A program made the position numbers and the translations under genes. Shown here in pieces: positions 37,539-48,026 of a DNA stretch of 64,000 bases. The DNA is from Proteobacteria bacterium UBA7447 (lineage in GTDB: Bacteria > Pseudomonadota > Gammaproteobacteria > Arenicellales > UBA868). Each line of letters starts with the position of its first letter. The first letter of the stretch is position 1. The stretch is taken from the NCBI GenBank assembly GCA_002477475.1, contig DLPX01000033.1, positions 30,082 to 94,081 of the forward strand, read 5' to 3'. Under the pieces are notes generated by a model that worked only from the letters and a program-made list of their open reading frames with translations, did no database searches and was not told where the DNA came from.

Positions 37539-38945
37539 TTAAGGGTTTTTACAGTAAGTCATATCGGCCAAATGTCCTATCGTAATAGGTCGAATAGGAG
37601 GCCGGATTCGATAGTGGCCTATCTCATCGACCGACACCCCACGGGCGTCCGCCATTAACTGGCTTACAGTCAAAGCGCATTTACGCCCCATGCAGGGGCC
37701 CATCCCGCAACGGGTGAATGCCTTGCCTTGATTTGGACCCATGCAACCAGAGGCGGCCACCTGCCGAATCTCTGCCGCGGTAACTTCCTCGCAACGACAA
37801 ACAATGGTTTCATTCGTCGGCAACTGAAAGCCATTCGTCGGTGGGAAGGCTTGGTCGAGAAAACGGCGCAGCCGACGTTGGCGATTTAGCGCACGCGGCT
37901 CCGCTGCCAAAAAAGAACACTCCTTTGCCCCAAGATAGGTCGCGACCTCGCACGCCACTCGCTCTCCTTGCAGGACGGCCACTGACGCACCGCCGATTCG
38001 TACACCATCGCCAACCATCGATATATCTTTACGACTCGTGCTCCCTGCCCCATGAATGTCCGGCACCCAGCACGACTGTACAGAATCAAAGTGATGACGA
38101 ATGCCGGCTGACATTGAAAGCCAGGTGTTAGGAATCACGCCATCGTGCACCAAAAGCAAAGACGTGGACAATTCATGTTCGTGTCCGTGCGCGTCGTAGG
38201 TTAAAGAACTCAGGCGATCGTTACCGTGCGCCTTCAGCGTGCGCACTCCTCGAATAAGACCCAACTTGCGCTTGGCGCTCCAAAGCCAGCTCATACCCTG
38301 CAATACAGGTTTAGGACAGGCCAGCAGGGCCTCGAGCCCCAGCAGGCCTGAACGCAGCGTTAACAGAGGGCCTGTATCCAAAATGGCCTGCGGCATGATC
38401 CCAAGATCTCTGATCTGGTTTGCATAGAGGTAAAGCAAAGGCCCCGTACCGGCCAGAACGACATCTTCTCGAGGCAAAAGTCGTGACGACTTCAGCAACG
38501 TTTGTGCTGCGCCTACGGTCATCACTCCTGGCAAAGTCCACCCTTCAAACGGCACCGGTCTTTCCATCGCACCCGTTGCCAGAATAACGTGCTTCGGATA
38601 CAGCATCCGCGCTGATCCGTCTTCAACAAGGCCAAGCGCCAGTTCAGGCTCCTGCTCCGAAGTGATCTGCCAGACTGAAACCCCAGTTCTATATTGGGCG
38701 CCGCTTTCACGAAAACGCCGCGTCAGTGCATGACCTGCAGCGTACTCCTCGCCAAGAGACCGCACGTCTTGGGGTCTCTGAGAAAAAACTTTCTCAACCC
38801 CCTTGTAAATCTGTCCACCGGGGGCACGCTGCTCATCCAGCACCACCACACCCAAGCCGCTTTTCGCCAACACACAGGCCGCAGCCATACCAGCCGGCCC
38901 AGCGCCGACGATGGCAACGTCGCAAGAATCAGAAGACGCGCTCAT
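37539..38945 (-). CDS. Opine oxidase subunit A / HcnB-like FAD oxidoreductase with BFD-like C-terminus
   Basis: VGAGPAG, ATGAMERPVPFEGWTLPGV, VCRCEEV...TRCGMGPCMGRKC...RPPIRP; start reassigned to 38945. Confidence 0.88.
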   Translation of the reverse strand: MSASSDSCDVAIVGAGPAGMAAACVLAKSGLGVVVLDEQRAPGGQIYKGVEKVFSQRPQDVRSLGEEYAAGHALTRRFRESGAQYRTGVSVWQITSEQEPELALGLVEDGSARMLYPKHVILATGAMERPVPFEGWTLPGVMTVGAAQTLLKSSRLLPREDVVLAGTGPLLYLYANQIRDLGIMPQAILDTGPLLTLRSGLLGLEALLACPKPVLQGMSWLWSAKRKLGLIRGVRTLKAHGNDRLSSLTYDAHGHEHELSTSLLLVHDGVIPNTWLSMSAGIRHHFDSVQSCWVPDIHGAGSTSRKDISMVGDGVRIGGASVAVLQGERVACEVATYLGAKECSFLAAEPRALNRQRRLRRFLDQAFPPTNGFQLPTNETIVCRCEEVTAAEIRQVAASGCMGPNQGKAFTRCGMGPCMGRKCALTVSQLMADARGVSVDEIGHYRIRPPIRPITIGHLADMTYCKNP

Positions 38946-39059
38946 TGAAAAAACCCACGGTGCATACCAAACCGCTGCAGCGAAAAAGGGGCAAATAACG
39001 CCGGACAATGATCATGCTCGACCCAATTCACGATGAGATCTGCAACGACAACAATATCC

Positions 39060-39374
39060 TCAGACATCAGCAGAGTCGTTCCCGCTGGCAACAGGCTTGC
39101 GTGGCGAACCCATATTGACGCGCATCCCCTCAACGACTTCTGTCAAGCAGGCCTGCACCAACCCTTTGCCTTCCACTTCGACGAGACACTCGTAGCAGTT
39201 TCCGATCATGCAAAACGGCGCTCTTGGCGTATTGCTGACTACCGCTCGTCGAAAATCAAAGATGCCGCAACCCAAAAGCGCCGCCGCCAGAGTGTCGCCC
39301 CGGTTTGCCATGATCTCGCGACCCTCAAAACTGAGAGTCACCGGATCGCTGAAGTCAGTTCGCTGCTGAAACAT
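39060..39374 (-). CDS. (2Fe-2S)-binding subunit, HcnA-like
   Basis: GDTLAAALL, PRAPFCMIGNCYEC...QAC; start reassigned to ATG at 39374. Confidence 0.85.
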   Translation of the reverse strand: MFQQRTDFSDPVTLSFEGREIMANRGDTLAAALLGCGIFDFRRAVVSNTPRAPFCMIGNCYECLVEVEGKGLVQACLTEVVEGMRVNMGSPRKPVASGNDSADV

Positions 39375-40482
39375 CAAAACGCTCGGACCCAAAACACCGG
39401 TAAGCCGACGGAATCGCACCATCCAGCACCCACTGGCAGACATCCTTTGCATGTACCGCCGCGAGAGTAACCCCACTGTGGCAGGAAAAAGCGAATGCGC
39501 CAGGAAATTCTTCTGACTGGCTGTAAACGGGAAAACCATCTGGCGTCATGATCCGTAACGCCGCCCAACTGCGCTGGATATGGAGTCCCCGAAGATAGGG
39601 AAACGCGGTTGAACACCGACGAACAATCTCCTGCAACGTGCCGGTGTTCGTATCAGCATCAAACCCCACATCCCGGGCAGAAGGGCCCAGCATGAAACCA
39701 CCCTCATCTGTTTGGCGAACCAGATTGGTCGGATACGCAAGCGACTCTGCGCTGCGCTCCGTCACGACAATCTGGCCTTGTTCGGGATGAATAGGCACAT
39801 CAATTCCTACCTGGTTACCCAAAGTGATAGAGCCATGTCCGGCGGCAATGACGAGCTTCTCACAACCAGCAACACGCCGGCCTTTACTGAATAATTCAAA
39901 CCCACCCGAATTAAGGGGTTCGATCCGATCGATACCCAATAAAGGCAAATACGATCCTCCGTTTCGATCGAAGCCTTCCTGCAGCGCCCGCAACAATCGA
40001 AGGGGATTCACGTGGCCATCATGCGGGCAATACGTGGCGCCAGGCACCTGTTCCCCGATACCAGGCAGATGTTGAGCAAGCGTTTGACCCTGAACGAGCT
40101 CATAGTCATACCCCTCTTCGCCTGCTTCCGAGCGCAATTGCTCCAACATCGCCACGTGTTCCTCTAACTCGGCTTCGTCCACGGATATGTGAAAACCCCC
40201 TGGCCGATGGTAATCGACTCCGGTTCCGGTCAAGTCGAAAAGGTCGTTACTGAATGTTGACCACGCATTCGCCGACTTGAGCGACCACTGGGCGTATTCC
40301 CGCATGCCCTTCCCTTTGCCCTGAACCCAGACCAGGCCGAAATTGCCGCGAGCCGTACGCACGGCGTTGTCTCCCTCGTCAATGAGGCCCACATTCAGCC
40401 CACGCTGGCTGAACCCGTAGGCAAAGGCTGAGCCCAAAAGGCCGCCACCAATCACACCGATATCAAGAGATCTGTATTTCAT
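39355..40482 (-). CDS. FAD-dependent oxidoreductase, OoxB/HcnC-like
   Basis: IGGGLLG, ARGNFGLVWVQGKG, DGHVNPL, WAALRIMTPDGFP, CHSGVTLA. Confidence 0.88.
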   Translation of the reverse strand: MKYRSLDIGVIGGGLLGSAFAYGFSQRGLNVGLIDEGDNAVRTARGNFGLVWVQGKGKGMREYAQWSLKSANAWSTFSNDLFDLTGTGVDYHRPGGFHISVDEAELEEHVAMLEQLRSEAGEEGYDYELVQGQTLAQHLPGIGEQVPGATYCPHDGHVNPLRLLRALQEGFDRNGGSYLPLLGIDRIEPLNSGGFELFSKGRRVAGCEKLVIAAGHGSITLGNQVGIDVPIHPEQGQIVVTERSAESLAYPTNLVRQTDEGGFMLGPSARDVGFDADTNTGTLQEIVRRCSTAFPYLRGLHIQRSWAALRIMTPDGFPVYSQSEEFPGAFAFSCHSGVTLAAVHAKDVCQWVLDGAIPSAYRCFGSERFDVSAAN

Positions 40483-40522
40483 CTTTTATCTGTTTATCTA
40501 CGCCCACCTACGCCCGCTCCCC

Positions 40523-41749
40523 TCATTGCCGCTCTTTTTGGAGCAGCCAGCGCATCCCAAGAAGGGCGACCCCGGATCCTGCGGCCATGGCCATAAAGGC
40601 AAAACCCCATCCGACGAGCGATCCCGACCCCGCCGTCAAATCCAACACCAATCCAACTACCAGCGGACCCAAAAAACCACCAGAAAATCCAAGCACTGAG
40701 TGCATCGCGAGCGTTGCGCCTCGCTCGTCCTCTCGAGCGGCAGCCACCACGCCCCCAGTCAGCGCTGCTGAATCACTCATAATCAAGGCAGAGTAAAGAC
40801 CTGCAAGCAGCAATACAATGATAAACGGCAGCGCACCGATAAATCCCAGAATAGACCCGGTGATAACGGAAAGCATCATGACGGTCGAGATGATCTGTTT
40901 TCGCTCCCGACGCAATGACAGATGGGCACCAAGGAGACTCGCCGGCATGCTGAGAAGACTGAAAAATGCGGCATATCCAGAAACCGTCTCTCGGGTTACC
41001 ACAGTGTCTGATGCCGCAGCGGCAAATAGCAAAAAGGCCACGATCCAGGCCCGACAGGCAAACAGCTCATAAGTGTGTCCCGTGTATCCCCAGATATACG
41101 CGACAGCCGGGCGATTCCTGAAGACCGGACGAAAATCCAACGGATGCCGATCAGAGGATTTGCCTCGCTCGGGCAGTCGCTCTGCAATAGCGAAGTAAAC
41201 CAACACCAGGCAGATGAATTGCGCAACGCCGGCAAGCAGAAATACATCACTCCAGGGCAGGACATCTGCTCCCAGTCCAGTGAAGTAAAAGGACGCCGCC
41301 GTTCCAAGACTGAAAGCGCTGAGATACCAGGGCAATGCCTTTTGACGATGATTGTCTTCGAGCCTATCGTTCAGGATTTGCAAACCCGGCATATAGGTTC
41401 CTGCAAGGGACACGCCCGCCAGAAAACGAAACGCCATGGCGCTCCAGAAGCCGTCGGCAAAAAGGGCAAAACCAAAAGAGCCCGCGATGCCGCAAAGCAA
41501 TCCAAAAAGATAAATCCGGCGTGCGTCGACCACATCCGTCAGACCTACAAGAAAAGGCACTGCTGCGACGTAGCCGGCAAAATAGATGCCTCCGATCCAG
41601 CCCGCTTGCGTACTTGTTAAAGACCATTGGGCACTTAACTCATTCAACAGGACAGCGAAGTTGGCAAAACCTGCCATCGACAGAATCTGTGCGACGCACA
41701 GAACGATCAGGAGCGAGGCGGGCGACAGTTTTTGACGAAAATTCGACAT
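40523..41749 (-). CDS. MFS transporter
   Basis: About 12 TM segments, GLTDVVDARR motif-A variant, YMPG. Confidence 0.9.
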   Translation of the reverse strand: MSNFRQKLSPASLLIVLCVAQILSMAGFANFAVLLNELSAQWSLTSTQAGWIGGIYFAGYVAAVPFLVGLTDVVDARRIYLFGLLCGIAGSFGFALFADGFWSAMAFRFLAGVSLAGTYMPGLQILNDRLEDNHRQKALPWYLSAFSLGTAASFYFTGLGADVLPWSDVFLLAGVAQFICLVLVYFAIAERLPERGKSSDRHPLDFRPVFRNRPAVAYIWGYTGHTYELFACRAWIVAFLLFAAAASDTVVTRETVSGYAAFFSLLSMPASLLGAHLSLRRERKQIISTVMMLSVITGSILGFIGALPFIIVLLLAGLYSALIMSDSAALTGGVVAAAREDERGATLAMHSVLGFSGGFLGPLVVGLVLDLTAGSGSLVGWGFAFMAMAAGSGVALLGMRWLLQKERQ

Positions 41750-41887
41750 TCAGATCCAATTCCGGCTGGGTTCGAGGACAATAACGTCGGGACGCGAGGC
41801 CGGCGAGCAGGATCAATAGGCCGCCAGGCTCAAACTCAAACTTATACTTACATTCCCTTACATCACGAACCGATCGACTCATTATCC

Positions 41888-43003
41888 ATGAGAATTAGCC
41901 AAATACGCGTGTTTCGGGCAGATCTTCCCATGCGGGAGGGGAGCTACAGTTGGTCGACGCAGTCGCACGCGGGATTTGACACTTCGATCGTGCTGATCGA
42001 TACCGATGAAGGCATAACCGGTGTCGGCGAATGCTGCCCGCTCGGGCCTACTTATCTGCCGGCTTATGCCGACGGCGTTCGCGCCGGGATCGCCCAGCTT
42101 GCACCGAGCCTCATCGGCCATGATCCAACGCAACTCGACCATATCAACACCGTCATGGATACCCATCTCAAGGGTCATCCCTACGTGAAGTCAGCACTGG
42201 ATATGGCTTGCTGGGACATCCTGGGAAAAGTGGCCAATCTCCCCCTTTATATACTGCTTGGCGGCAAACTGCAGGATCGTGTGACCTTATATAAGGTCGT
42301 GACGCGGGCGGATCCCGCCGCCATGGCAGAACGGATACCCGAGTACCGTGATCAGGGCTTTCGACAGTTCCAGATCAAGGTCGGGGAGTCGCCCGCCACT
42401 GACATCATTCGCATTCACCGGGTCGCACAAGAAATGCAGGCGGGTGAGGTGCTGAACGCCGATGCCAACACCGGATGGAAACAACACGAAGCGCTTCAAG
42501 TCGCCGATGCCATCGCCGACCTTGGTCGGCAAACCGGCATCCGAGTGACTTTCGAGCAACCCTGTCTTTCCTATCATGAATGTCTTGCGGTTCGACAACA
42601 TACGAACTTGCCTTTTGTGCTTGATGAATGCATGGACAGTATCGGAGCGTTGCTCCAGGGATATCACGACAACGCCATGGATATGATCAACCTCAAGATC
42701 AGCCGATTCGGCGGATTAACCCGAGCGCGCCAGGCACGCGACCTCTGCGTCACGCTCGGACTACCCATGAACGTGGAAGACAGTTGGGGCGGCGAGATTA
42801 CGACCGCCGCAATCGCCCATCTGGCGCATTCAACCCCGCCGGCCTTTCAGTTCCAGTCGTCTGCTTTTCATGAATATGCAACGACCCAGATTGCCACCGG
42901 CGCGCCGAGCGTTCAGAACGGCGCCATGACAGCCTCTGATGCGCCTGGACTGGGCGTTGAACCCATTCTCGACGCGCTTGAACCTGTGGCGCACTACCCG
43001 TAG
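41888..43003 (+). CDS. Enolase-superfamily enzyme, cis-3-hydroxy-L-proline dehydratase / proline-betaine racemase-like
   Basis: DLPMREGSYSWS, GECCPLG.YLPAY, GHPY, QIKVG, DANTGW, EQPC, LDE, NLKIS, EDSWGG; start reassigned to 41888. Confidence 0.82.
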   Translation: MRISQIRVFRADLPMREGSYSWSTQSHAGFDTSIVLIDTDEGITGVGECCPLGPTYLPAYADGVRAGIAQLAPSLIGHDPTQLDHINTVMDTHLKGHPYVKSALDMACWDILGKVANLPLYILLGGKLQDRVTLYKVVTRADPAAMAERIPEYRDQGFRQFQIKVGESPATDIIRIHRVAQEMQAGEVLNADANTGWKQHEALQVADAIADLGRQTGIRVTFEQPCLSYHECLAVRQHTNLPFVLDECMDSIGALLQGYHDNAMDMINLKISRFGGLTRARQARDLCVTLGLPMNVEDSWGGEITTAAIAHLAHSTPPAFQFQSSAFHEYATTQIATGAPSVQNGAMTASDAPGLGVEPILDALEPVAHYP

Positions 43004-43020
43004 ACCCAAGGAGTTTCACA

Positions 43021-43923
43021 ATGCAGTTCGAAGGTATTTATACACCGGTCATCACGCCTTTTCATAACGACGGCTCAGTTGATAAGGAAGGCTTTGCCGA
43101 GGTCCTGGAGTTCCTGATTGATGCGGGCACCCATGGCATCGTGGTCGCAGGCACCACAGGAGAGTACTACGCTCAGACCGCTGAGGAGCGCACTCACCTG
43201 ATGCAGTATGCGCATCAGGTGATTAACGGCCGCTTACCCATGATGGTGGGCGTGGGGGCAATCAGGACAGAGGATTCAATTGAACTCGCGCAGATCGCGA
43301 GACAGACCGGTGCAGATGCGCTATTGGTCAACTCACCGCCGTATGTACTGCCCACCGAAACTGAGAACGCCGCACACGCCCTTGCTATCGACCAGGCCGC
43401 AGACCTGCCTATCATGCTTTATAACTATCCCGGGCGCACGGGCGTGGGCATGGGCGAGGATTATCTGAATCAGGTTAGTGCCTCAGCGAATTTCTGCGCC
43501 ATCAAGGAAAGTTCCGGCGATATTAATCGGCTGCATCTGCTTGCGAATGATTATCCGAACATTCAGCTTTCCTGCGGCGCGGATGATCAGGCGCTGGAGT
43601 TTTTCGTATGGGGAGCGCGCAGTTGGGTCTGCGCGGGGGGCAACTTCGCGCCGGAGGCTCATATTGCGCTCTATGAGGCGTGCGTGGTCCGCCAGGATTT
43701 CATCACGGGAAGAAAGATCATGGCGGCGATGCTTCCCTTGATGTCCGTTCTGGAGCAAGGGGGCAAATTCGGTCAATGCATCAAACACGCCACCGCATTG
43801 CGCGGGCTGCCGGCAGGACCGTCCAGAAACCCGCTTGCGCCGCTTAATGAATCAGAGCAGGCTGCACTCGCCGAGGTGATCCAGAAAATGAACAACGACA
43901 TCGCCGCCATTCAGGCAGGCTAG
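43021..43923 (+). CDS. Dihydrodipicolinate synthase (DapA) family lyase
   Basis: GTTGE, LYNYPGRTG, IKESSGD. Confidence 0.9.
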   Translation: MQFEGIYTPVITPFHNDGSVDKEGFAEVLEFLIDAGTHGIVVAGTTGEYYAQTAEERTHLMQYAHQVINGRLPMMVGVGAIRTEDSIELAQIARQTGADALLVNSPPYVLPTETENAAHALAIDQAADLPIMLYNYPGRTGVGMGEDYLNQVSASANFCAIKESSGDINRLHLLANDYPNIQLSCGADDQALEFFVWGARSWVCAGGNFAPEAHIALYEACVVRQDFITGRKIMAAMLPLMSVLEQGGKFGQCIKHATALRGLPAGPSRNPLAPLNESEQAALAEVIQKMNNDIAAIQAG

Positions 43924-43971
43924 TCATATCAGTCAAATAAAGTGTTCTTGTAATGCGCGAGGAATGATGAG

Positions 43972-46383
43972 ATGAGTGACCAATACCGGGTTATCGTAAT
44001 CGGCGGCGGAGTCGTCGGCAGCTCCGTGCTGTACCACCTGGCGAAGTTTGGGTGGTCAGACGTCTGTCTGCTGGAGCGCTCCGTCCTGACGGCAGGTTCG
44101 TCCTGGCATGCGGCAGGCGGCGTCCATGCACTCAATGCAGACCCCAACATGGCATCGCTTCAGGCCTACACCATCGATCTATTGTCAGAGATTCAGACCG
44201 AATCCGGTCAGGACATCGGTCTCAGCATGACGGGCGGCATCACTGTGGCTTCAGCGCCTGCCCGGTGGGAATGGCTGCAATCCGCCTATCGGATTTTCCA
44301 GACCATTGGGATCGAGGACTGCTACCTGATGACCCCCCAGGACATTAAAGAGAAATGTCCCATCATGGATGTGACGGGTGTTCTTGGCGGGCTCTGGTGT
44401 GACCGCGAGGGCTATGTCGATACCACAGGAACCGTGCATGCCTACGCGGGTGCTGCCAAAAAACGTGGCGCGAGCGTCATCGAGCACACCAAGGTGGAAG
44501 CGCTTCACCAACGCAATGACGGCAGTTGGGATGTGATTACCGACAAAGGGGAATTCCACGCCGAACATGTCGTGAACGCCGGCGGACTGTGGGCTAAGCA
44601 GGTCGGTCGGATGGTGGGGCTGGATCTGCCGCTATCGCCGCTTGAGCATCACTATCTTCTGACCGACACGATTCCGGAAGTCGCCGATCTTGATTTTGAG
44701 TTGCCGATGACAGTTGATCTTGAAGGCTTCACTTATATGCGCCAATACCAAAAAGGCATCCTGGTGGGGATTTACGAAATCAACCACAAGCATTGGAATA
44801 TGGACGGCGCCCCCTGGGATTACGGAATCGAACTGATTCAGGAGGATATCGACCGCATCTCAGACGAGCTCGAAATGGGTTTTTCGCGCTATCCCGTATT
44901 GAATGAAGTGGGCATCAAGAACTGGGTCAATGGCGCATTCACATTTTCTCCAGACGGAAATCCTCTGGTGGGGCCGACCAGCGCCGTACCAAATTACTGG
45001 CTGGCCTGCGGCGTAATGGCAGGCTTCCTGCAGGGGGGCGGTGTCGGCAAGACGCTCGCCGAGTGGATGATCCATGGCGAGACCGAGGCAGATGCCTGGC
45101 CGATGGATATTGCACGTTACGGAGAATTCACTTCCAACCGCGAGTACATCAGGCAGACCACCGGTCAGTTTTATTCGCGACGGTTTGTTATGACCTATCC
45201 GAACGAGCAGCTCCCTGCCGGCCGCCCTCTGAAGAAAGCGCCCGCCTGGACAGCTATGGATGCAGCCGGTGCCCAGTGGGGCTCGAGCTGGGGTCTTGAA
45301 GTGCCTCTCATGTTTGCCGAGCCGGGTTTTTCTGAGACTCCGACGCTGCGGCGATCAAACGCTTTTGAACGGGTCGCTAAGGAATGCACAGCAGTTCGCG
45401 AAGGCGTGGGGCTTTTGGATATCAGTGGTTTTTCGCGGTTCGAGGTTACCGGACCCAATGCGCAGGCTTGGCTGAGCCATGTCATGGCAGGCCGTTTGCC
45501 AGCCCCCGGGCGGGCGAGACTCGCCCCCATGCTCGCTCCGAGCGGTCGCCTCAAAGGGGATCTCACCCTGTTCAACTGGGGCGATGGCTGTTGGTGGATC
45601 ATGGGGTCTTACTATCTTCGCAGCTGGCACATGCGGTGGTTTGATGATCATCGCCATGACGGGGTCGACGTACGGGATGTCTCTGACGCGATGGTCGGTT
45701 TTGGGTTAGCAGGTCCGAAATCCCGGGAAGTGCTTTCCGCGTTGACCCATCACGACATTGATGCAGAACTGCCCTTCATGGGTTGCGCGACGATGGACGT
45801 GGGTCTGATCCGTGCGAAAGTGGCACGACTCTCGGTTTGTGGGGAACTCGGCTACGAAATCAACTGCAGTGCCGCTGAGCACATCACTCTGCGAGACATC
45901 CTGCTGGAAGCCGGCGCCGGGCAAGACATAAAAGAGTTTGGGTTCTACGCTATGAACGCATTGCGGCTGGAGAAAAGTTTTGGCATCTGGAGCGCGGAAT
46001 TCACCCAGGATCGCACTCCGGGAATGACCGGCATGGATCGATGGATTGACTGGTCCCGCGATGACTTTATCGGCCATGGGGCTGCGGCCAAAGAACGATC
46101 TGAAGCGAATGTGGGGCAACGGCTGGTGACCCTTGAGATCGATGCCGACGATGCCGACGCCTCGGGATATGAACCGATCTGGCAGAATGACAAGCGGGTA
46201 GGTTTTGTGACGTCAGGCGGTTTTGGGCACCATACTGCCAAGAGTCTCGCAATGGGCCTGCTCGATGCCGACGTTGATGAGAGCAACGGCGCCCTGACGG
46301 TGGATGTCGTTGGCAAACGGCGCGGGGCAATCACCCTGACCGAGCCTGCCTGGGATCCTCAAGGCGCGAGAATGCGGGGGTAA
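43972..46383 (+). CDS. Dimethylglycine/sarcosine dehydrogenase-like FAD + GcvT-domain protein
   Basis: IGGGVVG, GSSWHAAG (covalent FAD His), FSPDGNPLVG, GELGYE, LRLEK; 803 aa. Confidence 0.92.
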   Translation: MSDQYRVIVIGGGVVGSSVLYHLAKFGWSDVCLLERSVLTAGSSWHAAGGVHALNADPNMASLQAYTIDLLSEIQTESGQDIGLSMTGGITVASAPARWEWLQSAYRIFQTIGIEDCYLMTPQDIKEKCPIMDVTGVLGGLWCDREGYVDTTGTVHAYAGAAKKRGASVIEHTKVEALHQRNDGSWDVITDKGEFHAEHVVNAGGLWAKQVGRMVGLDLPLSPLEHHYLLTDTIPEVADLDFELPMTVDLEGFTYMRQYQKGILVGIYEINHKHWNMDGAPWDYGIELIQEDIDRISDELEMGFSRYPVLNEVGIKNWVNGAFTFSPDGNPLVGPTSAVPNYWLACGVMAGFLQGGGVGKTLAEWMIHGETEADAWPMDIARYGEFTSNREYIRQTTGQFYSRRFVMTYPNEQLPAGRPLKKAPAWTAMDAAGAQWGSSWGLEVPLMFAEPGFSETPTLRRSNAFERVAKECTAVREGVGLLDISGFSRFEVTGPNAQAWLSHVMAGRLPAPGRARLAPMLAPSGRLKGDLTLFNWGDGCWWIMGSYYLRSWHMRWFDDHRHDGVDVRDVSDAMVGFGLAGPKSREVLSALTHHDIDAELPFMGCATMDVGLIRAKVARLSVCGELGYEINCSAAEHITLRDILLEAGAGQDIKEFGFYAMNALRLEKSFGIWSAEFTQDRTPGMTGMDRWIDWSRDDFIGHGAAAKERSEANVGQRLVTLEIDADDADASGYEPIWQNDKRVGFVTSGGFGHHTAKSLAMGLLDADVDESNGALTVDVVGKRRGAITLTEPAWDPQGARMRG

Positions 46384-46425
46384 TCTACTCCGCTTCAGAA
46401 ATCACCCCAATCGCTAGATACCCTC

Positions 46426-47955
46426 ATGGCGCGAAATCGTAAACGACCTCGTCGCAGTGAGTCACGGCCCGCGCCGCAACCGGGCGACTCCTGGCTACGA
46501 ATAAAGAACCCCTACCCGCCGATTGCTCAGTTCAGCGAAGACGAAATCGAGGCGATCCATCTCGCCTCGCTCAATCTGCTGCGTGATAAAGGCATCAAGG
46601 TGCTGAGCGAAGAAGCCCGGGGACATTATCGCGACGCGGGCTTTGACGTTAGCGAAGACACGCTTATGGTGCGCTTTGATTCTGACTTGCTGCTTCAGAC
46701 AGTCATGCCTGCGCCGCCGACATTTACCATGCATGGGCGTTCTCCGAACCGATGGTTTGAGGTTGGTGACAACAATCTGGTCTTTGCCACCGTTGGCGGC
46801 CCGCCGCATTACTCTGATCTTGAGAACGGACGACGGGCGGGGACACACGACGCATTCCGTGACCTTTTACGGATGGCGCAAAACTACGATGTCATCCATC
46901 TCACGACACCGATGGTTGAGCCGCAGGATCTGCCAACAAACGTCCGTCATCTTCATATGACCCGGTCGGTGGTCACCCTGACCGATAAGCCGACTTTTAT
47001 CTACTCCCGCGGCCGCGAGGCGGTCGCAGATTCTCTTGAGATTCTCAGGATCGCTTACGGCATGGACCGTCAGGCCTTTGAATCGAAAGTGCACTGCTAC
47101 ACCGTGGTGAATGCCAACTCGCCGCTGCAGCTCGATGAACTGATGTGTGCGGGGATCATTGACTTTGCGAAAGCGCGCCAAGCGATGATCCTGACACCGT
47201 TTACCCTGGCAGGTGCCATGGCGCCGGTCACGCTTCCAGGTGCGCTGGCGCAGCAGAACGCAGAAGCCCTGGCCGGCATTGCCCTGGCTCAAATCGTCCA
47301 ACCCGGCGCGCCGGTGGTGTATGGTGGCTTCACAAGTAATGTTGATATGAAAACCGGTGCGCCAGCATTCGGCACGCCTGAGTATGTCAAGGCGGCTTTT
47401 GCTTCGGGTCAACTTGCCCGCCGATATCGCCTGCCCTTTCGGACCTCGAACGTTAACGCGTCCAACGCACCTGATGCGCAGTCTGCTTATGAATCGCAGA
47501 TGTCCTGTTGGGGTGCCATCATGGGCGGGTGTAATATTCTCCTGCACGGCGCCGGCTGGCTGGAAGGCGGTCTGACTGCTTCTTTGGAAAAATTTGTTAT
47601 CGACGTTGAGATGCTGCAGATGTTTGCAAGCCTGATGCAGCCCGTCATCTGTGACGAAGACACGCTGGCTGCATCCGCTTTTGATGAGATCGAACCTGGT
47701 GGACACTTTTTTGGCACCCAGCATACGCTTGCTCGGTACGAAACCGCGTTTTATGCCCCGCTGCTCTCAGACTGGTCGAACTTTGAAACCTGGACCGAGA
47801 ATGGCTCGGTGGATGCCACTCGGCGGGCCAATCGTATTGCAAGAGCGGCGTTAGCAGACTTTACGCCCCCGCCGCTGGATCAGTTGCTTCTCGAGGAGAT
47901 CGATGCCTTCATCGAGCAACGCACCCAGGCCGGGGGCGCCTCCTTGAGCGCGTAA
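46426..47955 (+). CDS. Trimethylamine methyltransferase (MttB) family, non-pyrrolysine (MtgB-like)
   Basis: NANSPL, GAMAPVT, DMKTGAPAFGTPE, ASNAPDAQSAYE, HGAGWLEGGL; no internal TAG. Confidence 0.92.
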   Translation: MARNRKRPRRSESRPAPQPGDSWLRIKNPYPPIAQFSEDEIEAIHLASLNLLRDKGIKVLSEEARGHYRDAGFDVSEDTLMVRFDSDLLLQTVMPAPPTFTMHGRSPNRWFEVGDNNLVFATVGGPPHYSDLENGRRAGTHDAFRDLLRMAQNYDVIHLTTPMVEPQDLPTNVRHLHMTRSVVTLTDKPTFIYSRGREAVADSLEILRIAYGMDRQAFESKVHCYTVVNANSPLQLDELMCAGIIDFAKARQAMILTPFTLAGAMAPVTLPGALAQQNAEALAGIALAQIVQPGAPVVYGGFTSNVDMKTGAPAFGTPEYVKAAFASGQLARRYRLPFRTSNVNASNAPDAQSAYESQMSCWGAIMGGCNILLHGAGWLEGGLTASLEKFVIDVEMLQMFASLMQPVICDEDTLAASAFDEIEPGGHFFGTQHTLARYETAFYAPLLSDWSNFETWTENGSVDATRRANRIARAALADFTPPPLDQLLLEEIDAFIEQRTQAGGASLSA

Positions 47956-48026
47956 CCGCCCCAACATTTTCGAACCGCGTCACGATATATTTGCGCTGCG
48001 AACTACTCACTTAAACACAGGTTCGG

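Noticed and set aside
37539-40482. Hydrogen cyanide synthase hcnABC
   Set aside because: The same three-subunit architecture is shared by opine and D-amino/imino acid dehydrogenases; gene order and catabolic context do not support HCN synthesis
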